In this document: one piece after another, positions 36,972 to 50,396 of the stretch
Layout of the letters: every line of letters starts with the position of its first letter
Numbering within the stretch: position 1 is the first letter of the stretch
NCBI GenBank assembly: GCA_951406725.2
Contig: OX597814.1
Location: 7,006,001 to 7,070,000, forward strand
Length of the DNA stretch: 64,000 nt
Source: Octopus vulgaris
Taxonomy: Eukaryota
Reading direction: 5' to 3'
The notes under the pieces: generated by a model
Database searches by the model: none
Told to the model about the DNA's origin: nothing
What the model saw: the letters and a program-made list of their open reading frames with translations, nothing else
Program-made: the position numbers and the translations under genes

Positions 36972-37185
36972 CGAAAACAATTGCAGTGTGGAAGGTGTTT
37001 ATAAACCATTTAAGAAACACACAAAAACCATTAGATGCAGCACAAAGTTTTGTCAGTGAACAGGTTGCGGCCTCAAAGTGATGAAAATATTTTGACAAAT
37101 TAAATTTAAATGTTGAAGTGAATCGAACGGTTTTTGTGTGTTTCTTAAATGGCTTATAAACACCTTCCACGCTGCAATTGTTTTC
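36972..37185. repeat. ~65-bp inverted repeat
   Basis: gaaaacaattgcagtgtggaaggtg...cacaaaaacc versus ggtttttgtgtg...caccttccacgctgcaattgttttc. Confidence 0.85.
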
Positions 37186-38223
37186 AAAAGTTGTTTTTCA
37201 GGAAAAGATGACCCCCATCAGAAGGCTGAGTGGGGTAAAAAATTGGAAAATTCTCCATCAAAACTGAGAAATTCCAACTTACATGGCCACTCTGATCCTA
37301 AAATGCTGAATTTAGTGTTTTGGTAGATGGAAAAGAAAGAGACGAGTTAGTGGGAATGCGTAAGTGAAGACTGTAGAAGAGCAGTCAACAGTGAGAAACA
37401 GAAGCCTTTGAAGCAGCAATGGAAATGGTGGAGTGAGAAGTGATTGTGTGTCTGCAGGGGCGGGGGGGGGCAGCATGTCTGCAAGGGATTTTATGCCATT
37501 CAGTGAAGTGGTCGTTCTTTGGAGGCTGTCAAGTATGCCCAAAATGAATACAATGTATTGAGATGTCATAATAAATTCATTAATTTATTAAAATATTTTC
37601 TTCGTATTTGATTATGGCTGTGACCACAGAATGTTTGGAATTTATTTCTTAATAATTTCTCTCTGGCTTCACTTGACCTCCTTCTTTCTTTTCTCTTTTT
37701 TTCTTCTTTAATTAACATTCATAACGTGGCTTGTCTCTCCAATATTTATTCCCTGAACACTCTCACAGAAGATGCTATCTCATGCAAATATAAATATGCA
37801 GCTTTCAACAATAATGGAAAACAAAGCATTTTTATAAATATTAACAATTCTTGGTGATGATGATGATGATGATGGTGGTGATGATGATGTAGGATGAAAA
37901 TCCTCCTCTTCCTCCTCCTTTTGATAATCATCATCATCATCATTGCTGTCATCTTTGTCATCCAGTCTCTTCTCATGATCAAGCTCCTCTCTTCCTCATT
38001 GACATGATCATAATCATCATCATCAATGTTATCGTCATCTTTATTATCTGACATTGTTGTCGTCATCATCTTCCTTTTTCCCCTTCCTCCTCCTCCTCCT
38101 CCTCCTCATCATCATCATCATCACTGTCATAATTATCATTATCTGGAATGATTTTCCTCATTTCAAGCATGCTAACTTCCAGACTTCCCAGGCTCTCCTA
38201 GCAGCAGCAGCAGCAGCAGCAGC

Positions 38224-38602
38224 GGGAGGCACAATAGCCCAGTGGTTAAGGTAGATGATTGCGGTTGGAGGATCGCGGTTTCGATTACCAGACCAGGCAT
38301 TGTGTATATTTATTGAGCAAAAACACCTAAAGCTCCACGAGGCTCCGGCAGGGGCTGGTGGCGACCCCTGTTGTACTCTTTCGCTCCAACTTTCTCTCAC
38401 TCTCTCTTCCTGTTTCTTGTCCCCGACTTCCTACGCAACCGCTGAGCCTGGATGTGCATTCATCCATCCATCCGTCGATGCTCTTGGTGTCGGGGGTTGA
38501 CCTGCTTTCTCTTCTGTGGGTCTTACGAATAGCAAAGGACCACGTTTTGGACCTCTCCCACTCGGACAAAGACCGCTTCGCTCAACAAACAAACAAACAA
38601 AC
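38224..38602 (+). mobile_element. SINE with a family C head and a different 3' half
   Basis: Aligns to family C up to cttcctgtttct (about 38417), then an unrelated body and an (aaac)n tail. Confidence 0.85.
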
Positions 38603-38794
38603 AAGCAGCAACAGCAGTTAGAACAGCCATCATTGACCAAGCTTCTATGTCCTCAACAGAAATGGCCACCACTTCCACTCTTCACTCGTTTACTGATTCT
38701 ATTCCAACAAGTTGTGCAAAGAGAAACCCTGCCCTTCATGTGATTACATTCCAAGCCCAAAAACTGAAGGATTCAAGAGAAGGGCAGCACAAAG

Positions 38795-39423
38795 TTTTAT
38801 CTTTTATTTATTTCAGTCATTAGACTGTGGTCATGCTGGAGTACCACCCTGAATTTTTAGTTGAATGAATTGACCCCTGTGCTTATTCTATCAATCTCTT
38901 TTGCCAAACTGCTAAGTTATGAGGACATAAACACACCAATACCTATTTCTTTATTACCCACAAGGGGCTAAACATAGAGGGGACAAACATGGACAGACAT
39001 AGGTATTAAGTCGATTACATCGACCCCAGTGCGTAACTGGTACTTAATTTATCGACCCCGAAAGGATGAAAGGCAAAGTCGACCTCGGCGGAATTTGAAC
39101 TCACAACGTAACGGCAGCCGAAATACCGCTAAACATTTCGCCCGAAATGCTAACGATTCTGCCAGCTCGCCGCCTTTAAACACACCAATACCGGTTGTCA
39201 AACAGTGGTGGTGGGGGGGAAACAGGCATAAGGACACACATTGATATATACCTATACAAGTGATGAGCTTCTTTCAGTTTCCATCTACCAAATCCACTCA
39301 CAAAGCTTTGATCAGCCCGAGGCTACAGTAGAAGACACTTGCCCAAAGTGCCATGCAGTGGGACTGAACCCAGAACCATCTGGTTGCAGAGCAAGCTTCT
39401 TACCACACAGCCACAACTGTGCC
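38795..39423 (-). mobile_element. Older SINE family A with a nested SINE B
   Basis: Family A body interrupted at 38944-39176; 16-bp TSD taaacacaccaatacc. Confidence 0.88.
38944..39176 (-). mobile_element. SINE family B (young)
   Basis: CpG-intact, full length, perfect TSD. Confidence 0.92.
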
Positions 39424-39724
39424 AAGTTTACTTTTATATTTTGTCTTTTGTTTTCTTGTAAATGGTCTGAAAAGTGTGTGTGTGTGTGTGTGTTTATTTG
39501 CGCATGTGTGTGTTTGTGTGCACATGTAGTTTTGGCTACATAGGGTTCATAGAGGGTCAAAGCATATCAACTCATAGTACCCCACCAATTGGCTGGACAG
39601 AATCAAGCTGAGCAGACAGTGAAATAATGTATTATCAATTTTAAAGCAACGATGGAGACCAGTCACTGATTTTGGGCAATTTGGGATTCCAATTGTTTAC
39701 CAATAATTCAACGGAATTAGAATA

Positions 39725-41003
39725 TGTAGCAGAGACTCTCCATATATGTGCATTCGAACGTAACAGGAACCAACTGGCCTTTGGCGCCTGTATCCCGTTG
39801 TGTCCACTACTCCGACTGGTTAGTATTGGTACAATTTGTCTCCTTATTTCTTTACTACCCACAAGGGGCTAAACATAGAGGGGACAAACAAGGACATACA
39901 AACGGATTAAGTCGATTACATCGACCCCAGTGCGTAACTGGTACTTAATTTATCGACCCCGAAAGGATGAAAGGCAAAGTCAACCTTGCCGGAATTTGAA
40001 CTCAGAACGCAGCGGCAGACGAAATACGGCTACGCATTTCGCCCGGCGTGCTAACGATTCTGCCAGCTCGCCGCCCTTTTTGTATTGGTACAATTTGTCT
40101 CCTCCTCCGTTGTGCCACCTGACCATGGATAGCCACTGAGAGACTTTAGATAGCATCACGTGAGCAACCTTTTTTGAACCCTATTTCAAGCCTACCACTT
40201 TCTATAAAAACCCAGCTTTTTCCTCAATACATGTCTTTGGTTCTAGACCTTTTAAGGTCTAACTACTGACCCCACAAGACACAGATGGTTCCAGTAAGAA
40301 TACCACGGCAGCCACGTTGAGACTTACCAACTTCGTCCAACAACATTACACCAGCCTCCATCTTCATAACATCGTCAACATCATCTCTCTCTCTATGTAG
40401 ACGGCTCAGCAAGCAACTCACCCAGGCGCCAACTCTTCTCTGTTTGTGAGTTACTTCACCATGGGTCAACAGCGATGATATAACCTGCAAGAACTCCTGT
40501 ACCAAGTGGCCCAGGTAGCAGCAGCAGCATCACAGCCACAACTTCACGTACGACATGTACTTGTCACCAGTTCAGCGTCATGGCTGCAACTTCTCGATAC
40601 AGTATTTCAACTACCGTCTACTAATGACTATGAACAGGTATTATTTATCTCACTTGTGTCTATGAACTCACTTTTCATCTCGACGGCTGTAGACTCCTTT
40701 CACTGTCCACTTCTTCATCGCCATCCTTATACGTTCTTAACACACACATACATCTACGCTTACACACACACACATATACATTTTGTTCTCATGACGGCCT
40801 GTCTATTATTACTGCATACATGACACACACACACACAGACACACATGTTATTACATCAATAAATCTTCTCCTAACCATTCTACGCGGTTGTGTTTCCTTT
40901 TCCCTCTGGCACTTATATGTGCTATTCAATTAATATTTATTGTATCGACTGTGTGATGTACTAAAGAGCCATTCTTGTCACCTCACATCGCGCAGTCTTT
41001 ACA
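39725..41003 (+). mobile_element. Solo-LTR-like element
   Basis: TGTA...TACA ends, TATAAAA near 40203, AATAAA near 40858, CpG-rich; no TSD found. Confidence 0.45.
39845..40081 (-). mobile_element. SINE family B with a 22-bp TSD
   Basis: gtattggtacaatttgtctcct at 39823-39844 and 40082-40103. Confidence 0.93.
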
Positions 41004-41085
41004 AACGCTTGCTCTAGCATGAAACAATAATAAGAAGAAGAAACAAAAAGATGGTTTTAAAACCATTTATTCATTTCTTACTATG

Positions 41086-41117
<32 letters not shown>

Positions 41118-41128
41118 CACACGCACAC

Positions 41129-41195
<67 letters not shown>

Positions 41196-41309
41196 CATAC
41201 ATACTCTATTTTCTTTCTTCATTTAGTGTCTGTTTTCCATGCTGGCATGAGTTGGTCGGTTTGACAAGAGTTGTTACATATATACATACATATATATATA
41301 TATATATAT

Positions 41310-41510
41310 ACTTTATTTAAAGCAGCAGAAAATTCAACAAAACCTGTTACTCTGAGTTTCGCGTTGCCGTTCATCGGACAGTTTTTGCTAGAATATAACC
41401 GATATGTCAATTCTATCCAGACTAGTATAAACGCTACACCTTTAAAAATGGACCTGAGTATTTGCGTACTCTTTTTTCCACCTTGTTTCACATTTATGTG
41501 TTTACTCCGG
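41310..41510 (-). mobile_element. Penelope-like terminal fragment with hammerhead-like motif
   Basis: Minus strand ccgatgaacggcaacgcgaaactc followed by AATAAA; (TA)n on both flanks. Confidence 0.5.
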
Positions 41511-41574
<64 letters not shown>

Positions 41575-44500
41575 TGCATATATGGGTACAGAACCGACGG
41601 TGCAAATAACATGAAATACATAAACAACGGGAAAAAATGAAAAGCAGAGCAAGTAAACACAGAGGAAGGACCCTTCATCTGCTGCTGGCTGTCTATCTAC
41701 TCCTCATCTCGAGCATTCAATGACAATATGAGTCTTCAAAGACAGTTGCTCCCATAAATTCTAAACTAAAATTTAGGATTCATGGAGGGTCAACGTTGGG
41801 AACAAAAACATGACAGTAGAGACACACAAGGAAACCGAAGGAAGACAATCACGGAGGGTCGTTTGACCAGAACGAAAGGAAATTAGTGAACAGCAGCAGA
41901 AACATTTTTTTGAAAGGAGAAGAGGTAGAAGAGAGAGAGAGAGAAAGAATCGCATCCGTTCTTTTGAACGTCCGTGCAGGAAATGAAACATGGTCACGTG
42001 AGGAAAAGATGGACGATGGTCACGTGCGAGCAACGAGAGAGAGAGAGAGAGAAAAAGAAAGAAGAGAGGGGGAATAGAGAGAGATAGAAAACGGTGAAGG
42101 AGCGAGGGAGAAAAGGGAATAGAGAAGGTCGGAGGAAGAAAATAGTGTAGAGTAGAGAGTTGTATCAAAAAGGTGAAGATAAACTTACTTGCAAATGGAT
42201 GTGTCGCGTTTAATTAAATAATAAATAATAAATGATGCAATATATATATATATATATATATATATATTGCCAATTTGACAACTCCACTAGAGTGGACGAA
42301 AGCGCTAATATATGATATATGATTTATAAAAACATGTAACATACTAATAAATATTTGTAAATATAAAACCATCCAGATTTCTGAGTACCTCATTTCTTCC
42401 AATACATATATACATACATACATATATACATACATACATATATACACACACATACACATACTCACACACACACACACAGAAAAGCATAACTATCGCGAAA
42501 ATATAAAGATATATAGGGAATGAAGTAGGGAGTTTGAGGGACACAAGCCTCTTCCAGAAAAAATAGATTCAGATGAAAATTTTAAAATTTTATATATATA
42601 TCAGTATACGTAAAATATTTTTATATATTTTCTAATATTTTTTAAATATCTTTTTAATATCTTTTTAACAACACTCTAGTTTTTCTACCCTTATATGTCT
42701 ATTATATATATGTCTATTATATTTATGTATCTGCAAATTTTTCATATTTTTCAATATATTAATGAGTACATATCTAACGTCTCAGGTTGTCTACTTCAGC
42801 ACTTTATAACACTGTCTATATAATAAACAAAGATGTAATTATATCAGTATATACATGTATTACTCCGCAACTGGCTTCGAAATAGAATGTAAAAAACAGA
42901 CCTTCCTCTAGAATAAGCATGAGCACGGAACTTCAAAGCAGGAAACATCTACTCCAATCGTAAAGAAAATAACATCAGCCAGCCCAGAAACTGCTCGCTT
43001 GAAAGGTTAAGGATGCATAAACAACAAATAAATCATCCCCAATTAAGTAAAATTCGTTCGAAGAGAAAATTTACAAATTTATGGGAACAACAAAGTCAAT
43101 TTTCTTTTCTTACCAATACTGAAGAGACAATCTAATATGTTGTTTGGAAATAGAGACATTTTGCAAAAAGATTTTTGCCATAACTAAATAACTACTTAAA
43201 GAAAAATGATATGATCAAATTAAAAGAATTTTATGTTTTGAAAATTTCCTACGGATGAGATGAAAGTGCTAAATTTAAGTATTTCTTTCTTAATTTTCTC
43301 TATTCGAGAAAAAGAGGTTTCATTTTATTTTTTCCCTAACTGATCACGCTTTTCTTTCTTTTTTACTACCCTTTTATTAATTCTAAACAAGAGAGAGAAC
43401 TTATGATCTTATATATCCATGTACCTACGTGTATCCTTTATGTATGTATGGGCATAAATATATTTGTGTGTCTGTGTTTGCCCGTAAGCATGTAGATATT
43501 TATATATCACAGGCCAATATTCACATGCCCCAACGTATACAGAATCACCCATCCATGCAGACACACTCACACATCTATGCGCTCAGATAGGTTTTCACAG
43601 TAGGACATAAATATTTCACTAAGCTCACTTCAAAATACATTAACTTTAAAATTTTGATTCGTTACAAATTATCACTTGTCACCTGACCTATTCAACAATT
43701 TCTTCACCATATACGTGCATGCATAGGATAAATAATAGGCACTGCGTTTCTAAATCATTATCATCATCATCATCATCTCTACCACCATCACCACCACCAA
43801 CATCGTTTTAAAAAGATTTAACCATTTCATATCTGCCCGAATGTACCTGGACTGTATTGAATGATGATTACAAACCTTCATTGAAATAATAAAAATTTGG
43901 TGATCCTGTGAAAAGTTAGGAATTCGTGTTTTAGTATGACATCCTTTGACATGTACAAAGAAAAATGGAAAAAAAAAACTGATCAAGCAACATTAAAAAT
44001 TAATAAACCGTTTGGTAGAATAATGCTAATCGTTGTTCCTTTAACGTAAGAATGATTGATCGATTAACTAACTACAAAGCCTCTCCAACATTGTTTCTTT
44101 TGCAGACTTCACTAAAAAGCAAAGTCATACTTTTCAAGCCTGTTGCAAGTTTTAATTTAAAGACAACAGATTTAAGCTCATAGCTGAAAATTCACCCGAG
44201 GGGGCACACTCATTATGGCCTTGATATAATATTAACAACGCAACTTTGTATTTCATCGTGTTTTCCCGTTAGTTTTCTTCCTCGTTTCTCTCCTTCCTTC
44301 AACTAATCGCTTGCTAGAGCGCTTTCAAAAGCTGTTTACATTAAGCTAGAGAACTAACAGATTCCAGATATCGCAAGCTGCTAGCTAAAGCTATCACCAC
44401 CAACGTAACAAACATATCGATTAATCGATAATGTAAGCAACAACTGCAAAATCGAATTGCAATGATTAAGTTCACAATTATTAATATTTCAGTAGCTTTG

Positions 44501-44742
44501 TTTTTGTTGCTTGTCTTTCATTGCTCAACAGAGCGCAGCTGTGTGTGCCTTGGATACGTGCAACGTTTTGTTTTTGTTTTCTCTTGCACTGGAACGACTG
44601 TATATAATATATGTGTAGTAACTTTTAGCAATATTTCCTGAATATTGTGTATATCTGTAAGTCCTTGCTGTTTGGTGATGTATTTGTCTGTCACTCTGCA
44701 GGTACTATTATAGACATTGTTTTGTGCCGTAAATTTCCACAT

Positions 44743-44882
44743 AGGCGCAGGAGTGGCTGTGTGGTAAGTAGCTTGCTAACCAACCACATGGTTCCGGGTT
44801 CAATCCCACTGCGTGGCATCTTGGGCAAGTGTCTTCTGCTATAGCCCCGGGCCGACCAATGCCTTGTGAGTGGATTGGTATT

Positions 44883-44939
<57 letters not shown>

Positions 44940-44963
44940 GACGGAAACTGAAGGAAGCCTGTC

Positions 44964-45035
<72 letters not shown>

Positions 45036-45210
45036 CTGTGTTTGTTCCCCTAGCATTGCTTGACATCCGATGCTTAGCGGTTCGGCAAAAAGAGACCGAT
45101 AGAATAAGTACTGGGCTTGCAAAAAGAATAAGTCCCGGGGTCGAGTTGCTCGACTAAAGGCGGTGCTCCAGCATGGCCGCAGTCAAATGACTGAAACAAG
45201 TAAAAGAGTA
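44743..45210 (+). mobile_element. SINE family A with an extra (TA)n insertion
   Basis: Full head and tail; (TA)n tract at about 44885-44936 inside the body. Confidence 0.92.
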
Positions 45211-46740
45211 TTCTGGTACTTTCCTGAGCATTATAGTTGGATAATTTCTCCATTTCTTTTTGAGATATCGATTGTTGGAAGTGATATTTCTATCAGAATC
45301 ACTTCTTTTCTTGCTGCTTTGTTACAACAATACCTAATCGATTACCCCTGATCTCCTTGTCCTTGGGCTTTGTGTCATTTTTCTTGATATCGTCTCCATG
45401 TGACTCACTTGTCGCCCAATTTTAACTCAGACTCACCTTTCACAATTTCTCTCCTTTCTCTTTCAGTTCACTCTTTGTTATTTCTTTTATATTTGTTGGT
45501 TTCCTTCAAAGCAAAAACATTTTCCCTGTTCATGGTTTGCCTATTATTTTTACTTTTGCTAGTTTGTTCTATGTTAACTATATATCCAATATGTAGGCCT
45601 ATATAATATCATTTCTTTGCTATTTCCTTTAAGTATTCCTATTGTAATCTGTATGGTTCATCGATCATTGTCTGTCATCATCTAATTCTCTTATCACTTT
45701 CTTTTTTTTTCTTCTTTATCTAGCATGACATTATCCTCTCTTCAAGGTTGCCTGGGCGGAATTTTCTACCCTGAATCTTGTGTGTGTGCGTGTGCGTGCA
45801 TGCGTGCGTGTGCATATATTCAAGTCAGTTTCTTGTAGATAATGATATATCGATATCTTCCGTGTTATTGCAGTTAAGACTTCGTAAGCTGTAGGCAGCT
45901 TATTAATCCATAGTTGATGGCCAGAAAGATGTGTTTTTTTTTTCTTTTCGAATTGGTGAATAGGTGAATTTTCCTCTTCTCAGGATGTCTTTTCTTATTC
46001 TTTCATTCAGTTATTAACTATTTCTGCCGACATCTCATGTGTTCCCTTTAAATAGGTCTTCTTGGTGCCTTGAATTTTATCATTTCTTCTTATCTCACCG
46101 GTTATCTGTCTTCTGTAGCGCTGGATTACTTCTTGGGTTGAAATGGCCTTTGTATAACGTTCTGAGTTCAAATTCCGCCGAGGTCGACTTTGCCTTTCAT
46201 CCTTTCGGGGTCGATTAAATAGTACCAGTTACGCACTGGGGTCGATGTAATCGACTTAATCCCTTTGTCTGTCCTTGTTTGTCCTCTCTGTGTTTAGCCC
46301 CTTCTGGACAGTATAGAAATATATCTTTTCGCTGTCTGTATTCCTCCCTTAAATTCTTTTAATACTTCGGCTGTTTGGGATACGTTGATTGCTTCCTTAT
46401 TTCCACCCAGTTCCTGATAAAAATGCTTTAGCATGAAGTCGAAATGTTTATTCTGTTCAAAAATCGTTGCTGTTCAAAAATCGTTTCTGTTCAAAAATCG
46501 TTCATAAAGAGGGACTCTGCGATTTAGACAGGATTTCTTGTTTCATACTTATTTTCCTTTTCCCTTTTTTCAGATTCTCCTTTTCTTTTTTTATGTTGTA
46601 TTTCTATTGTATTTGTCACTTTTCCATATCGTCTTTTCGTTATTGATTTCAATATGGATTAAACGATCTTTTCTCCTATTTTCTATGTTTTCCTTTGTTT
46701 GTCTTTCATGTTTGCTCACCTTTTGATATTTTATTATGAG
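45211..46740 (-). mobile_element. R4/Dong-clade retrotransposon remnant (pre-RT region)
   Basis: Minus strand FEQNKHFDFMLKHFYQELGGNKE...EVLKEF resembles QN..F...K.FY.EL...E...FW; boundaries approximate. Confidence 0.5.
46157..46322 (+). mobile_element. SINE family B, 5'-truncated
   Basis: gttctgagttcaaattccgccgaggtcgactttgcctttcatcc...gaaata. Confidence 0.9.
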
Positions 46741-48239
46741 TTGATCTTAGGATGTATGATAAATAATTTATAAACTGAAAATGCGATGTAACACACAGAG
46801 CTACGAAAATAATTTGACTGTAATCGTATCGTCTGGAAACAAATTTTATTAGAAATGTTTCCGATCCACTAATATTGCTTATAACCTAGAATATTATTCA
46901 ATAAATACAGCAACTACATCGACCGTTCAATATCCAGGAACATATATTACTCTTCTGACTTTTACACTACGGTGCAAAATGAAGGAGATAGATTGCTTCC
47001 AGAAATATCTTCTTAACAATGTCACCTATCAACTGAGAAGAACATTTAACGCAATAAAGTTATTTTGCCATAAAATGCTAACAATGTCATACAGGCCAAT
47101 GGCTTTTTGGCAAAGAACTTAGGAATAGTTGTGTAGTTCGGGAGTTGATTTCGAAGTCCTTGATTTGGGGTTTAATCCAGTTATGCAGCAACTGGGATAA
47201 GTGCGTGCTGCCATATCTTGGAGTGGTCCAAACCTTGTAAATAAATGAGGTTGAACGAAAATGTGTTAATGCCTGTCTTATAGATTGTACTTACTATACT
47301 TGGGTTTGAAGACTTAATCTGTCGTTTTCTTTAACATCTCTACAAGGTCCTCAAGTGGAACCCACTCCAACGCTGACCAAATTTGAACTGACAAAAGTGG
47401 AAGATAACCTTTATGCCCAAGAATTCTTTAATTTAAAACGTGTCTTAATATTTCTACCAAAAACCTGGCTGACCCACAATAAACAAAATATATTGCTTTC
47501 TGCCATGGCGCAGATAAGTTTTCTTAAACAGGTAAGTAAGATCTTTGGGAAAATCTACATATTACTGGTACTAGGTAATTTTTTTACATGAATTAGTCAG
47601 AGAAGGATGGCCCGTGTCCCTCGCTCTTTTCAGGACATCTGAGATCGGAGATGACTGCTTCAAAGTGGACTTCACGAAAGATACCCAAGGGCGACATGGA
47701 TGTTAAATCGGATGACAAATTAAAATTTACAAATGATTCTCCAAGAAAGGAGACAAAATTAATTCAGGAGAAAACATGGAACTTTAAAGGGTCGAGGCCA
47801 AGTCTTTGCTGACTCACTCGGCGGCTCCTTCACTCTCTGCTGTAGGTAGATTAAAAACGGTTTTATTAACACAATATTCATTCAATTATGATACATTTAA
47901 AGTGATGTCGTTTAGTACAAATTCGGGTTTGAACGAGTAGGCTATTAATCAAAGGCAATCCAAGCATAACCATCCTGCCTTTATTCTGAGAATAGTGTAC
48001 CTTGAACTACCTTATTCAAATTATGGTTTGAGAGAGATTTGTTTTGTACAGACACTTAAAGATTCGATTGTTGGCACATCGTAATTCATATTTACTAATA
48101 AGACATAACAAAAGGAAGCAGGTTTGTAACTGTGCAACGGTTTCAACTATTGAAGAAGATCTTATTGTCGATATTATCCTTATTAAGGTTGTCAAATAGC
48201 TTTTGGTGAATAACAACACTAATATTTATCTAAGTTCTA

Positions 48240-48440
48240 AGGCTACAAGCTAGCAGAATCGTTAGCCCGCCAGGCAAAAAGCTTAGCAGTATTTCATCTG
48301 ACTTTATGTTCTGAGTTCAAATTCCACCGAGGTCAACTTTGTCTTTCATCCTTTCGAAGTCATTAAAATAAGTACCAGTTGAGTACTGGGGTCGATGTCA
48401 TTGACTTACTCTTTCCCCACAACTTGATAGCTTTGTGCCA
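48240..48440 (+). mobile_element. SINE family B variant
   Basis: gctagcagaatcgttagc head, B box and central domain. Confidence 0.8.
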
Positions 48441-48509
48441 GTATCTATACAAATTCTATATTTTATTCACCTAGATTATTTGCATTTACATATAGACAAC
48501 AGTTGAATA

Positions 48510-48657
48510 AATACATTATTTACAATTGATGGATATTTGTCCTCATCTTGTTTGTTGTTAACACAGCATTTCGGCTGATATACCCTCCAGCCTTCATCAG
48601 GTGTCTTGGGGCAATTTCGAACCTGGGTTCTCATTCCTAAGGTATTTTTCGATGCTG

Positions 48658-48744
<87 letters not shown>

Positions 48745-49050
48745 TCACTGTCTGGAATCGAACTCGGAATCTTGGGGTTAGTAGCCCGCGCTCTTAACCA
48801 CTACGCCATATGCATATTCCGAGTTCAATTCCAGGAAGTGACCCGAATAATAATAATAACAACAAAAACAACATCGAAAAATACCTTAGGAATGAGCACA
48901 CAGGTTCGAAATTTCCCCAAGACACCCGATGAAGGCTGGAGGGCATGTCAGCTGAAAAGGTGTGCGACAAACAAGATGAGGACAAATATCCATCAATTGT
49001 AAATAATGTAAATAATGTAAATAATTCCTCATCTCTTAAATATAGAACTG
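48510..49050. mobile_element. Head-to-head pair of tRNA-headed SINEs (family F)
   Basis: Minus copy 48510-48814 has tggcgtagtgg and gagttcgattcc boxes; plus copy 48815-49050 is 5'-truncated; both contain (aat)n. Confidence 0.85.
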
Positions 49051-49139
49051 AGTTGAATAAATAGGTCAGCATTCGATATTGAATGGAATAAATACAAGTT
49101 TTCACTATCATAAAATGATAACACAATGACAGTTTATAT

Positions 49140-49346
49140 TTATTGGTTTCAAATTCTGGCTGAAGGTCACCAAGTTCGACGGTGAGGAGTCAATTTCATC
49201 CACTCCAGTGTTCAAATAGTATTTATTTTATTGACCTCGAAAGAATGAAGTGCAAAGGCGACCTCGTCGGAATTTGAACCGAGACCGTAAAGACGAATGA
49301 AATGCCGCTAAGCATTTTGCTCGGCGTGCTATCGACTCTGCCAGCT
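49140..49346 (-). mobile_element. SINE family B variant
   Basis: Reverse complement of the family B head and central domain. Confidence 0.75.
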
Positions 49347-49576
49347 TAAGACAGTCCGTAATTCTTTGAGAAGTAGGAAAAATTAGGACGTCTTATCACA
49401 AAAGTAACTGACATAGCTTTGAGCAGCACCTTGGGTCATTCTAGACAAAAAATGTGAAAGTACCTATCATGGCATTGAGTGACAAAGTTTCGTATAGCAC
49501 CAGAGGCTGTTTTGTCAGAGAGTTCAAAACATCAGTTTTCATAACCCCCCCCAACTAGACTTCACCTCACTTAGTT

Positions 49577-49961
49577 GGGAAGCACTCCGTCGGTTACGAC
49601 GACGAGGGTTTCGGTTGATCCGAGTCAACGGAACAGCCTGCTCGTGAAATTAACGTGTAAGTGGCTGAGCACTCCACAGACACGTGTACCCTTAACGTAG
49701 TTCTCGGGGATATTCAGCGTGACACAGAGAGTGACAAGGCCGGCCCCTTGAAATACAGGTACAACAGAAACGGGAAGTAAGAGTGAGAGAAAGTTGTGGT
49801 GAAAGAGTACAGCAGGGATCACCACCATCCCCTGCCGGAGCCTCGTGGAGCTTTAGGTGTTTTCGCTCAATAAACACTCACAACGCCCGGTCTGGGAATC
49901 GAAACTGCGATCCTACGACCGCGAGTCCGCTGCCCTAACCACTGGGCCATTGCGCCTCCAC
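49577..49961 (-). mobile_element. SINE family C
   Basis: Full length; TSD tcacttagtt. Confidence 0.93.
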
Positions 49962-50029
49962 TCACTTAGTTACACACCAGCTGATTAGACTGGCTGATCC
50001 ATATTCGCATAGGTATTAGTGCCTTTTAT

Positions 50030-50290
50030 GGTTATACGGTTGGCCGTGGCCGTGAGCTGGGAAACTGAAGCGCGACGCTTGAGTTTCGGCAGCCACGCTT
50101 TACGATCAGATCTGCATTGCAAGGGAAAGTAGTAAGGGCCAAGAACAAGGGGAAATGAAAGAATGAAATGCAGGAAGTCTGATAATTAAATACGGAAAGG
50201 GTGATTAGTTAATCAGAAGAAGTGCGGTAATTAAATGCAGGAAGTGTGAGAGTTAAATGCAGGAAATGAGGCAGTTCCTACTCCCCTACA
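50030..50290 (-). mobile_element. Possible LTR fragment
   Basis: Minus strand starts TGTAGGGG; repeated aaatgcaggaa motifs; CpG-rich. Confidence 0.35.
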
Positions 50291-50396
50291 TCTAGTTCTA
50301 GATATATTTCAGCTCCAGTACTCAATACCTTTTCTCTTCTCTTCTAAAATATCATCCTTTCCCAGTAGTGACTAAATTTCTTTTAACTGTCATACA

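Noticed and set aside
37312-37569. 85-aa minus-strand ORF
   Set aside because: No recognisable motif or convincing splice signals
38140-38800. Reading frame that stays open across the SINE insertion in (GCA)n
   Set aside because: About 85 codons, low complexity, no start or splice support; compatible with chance
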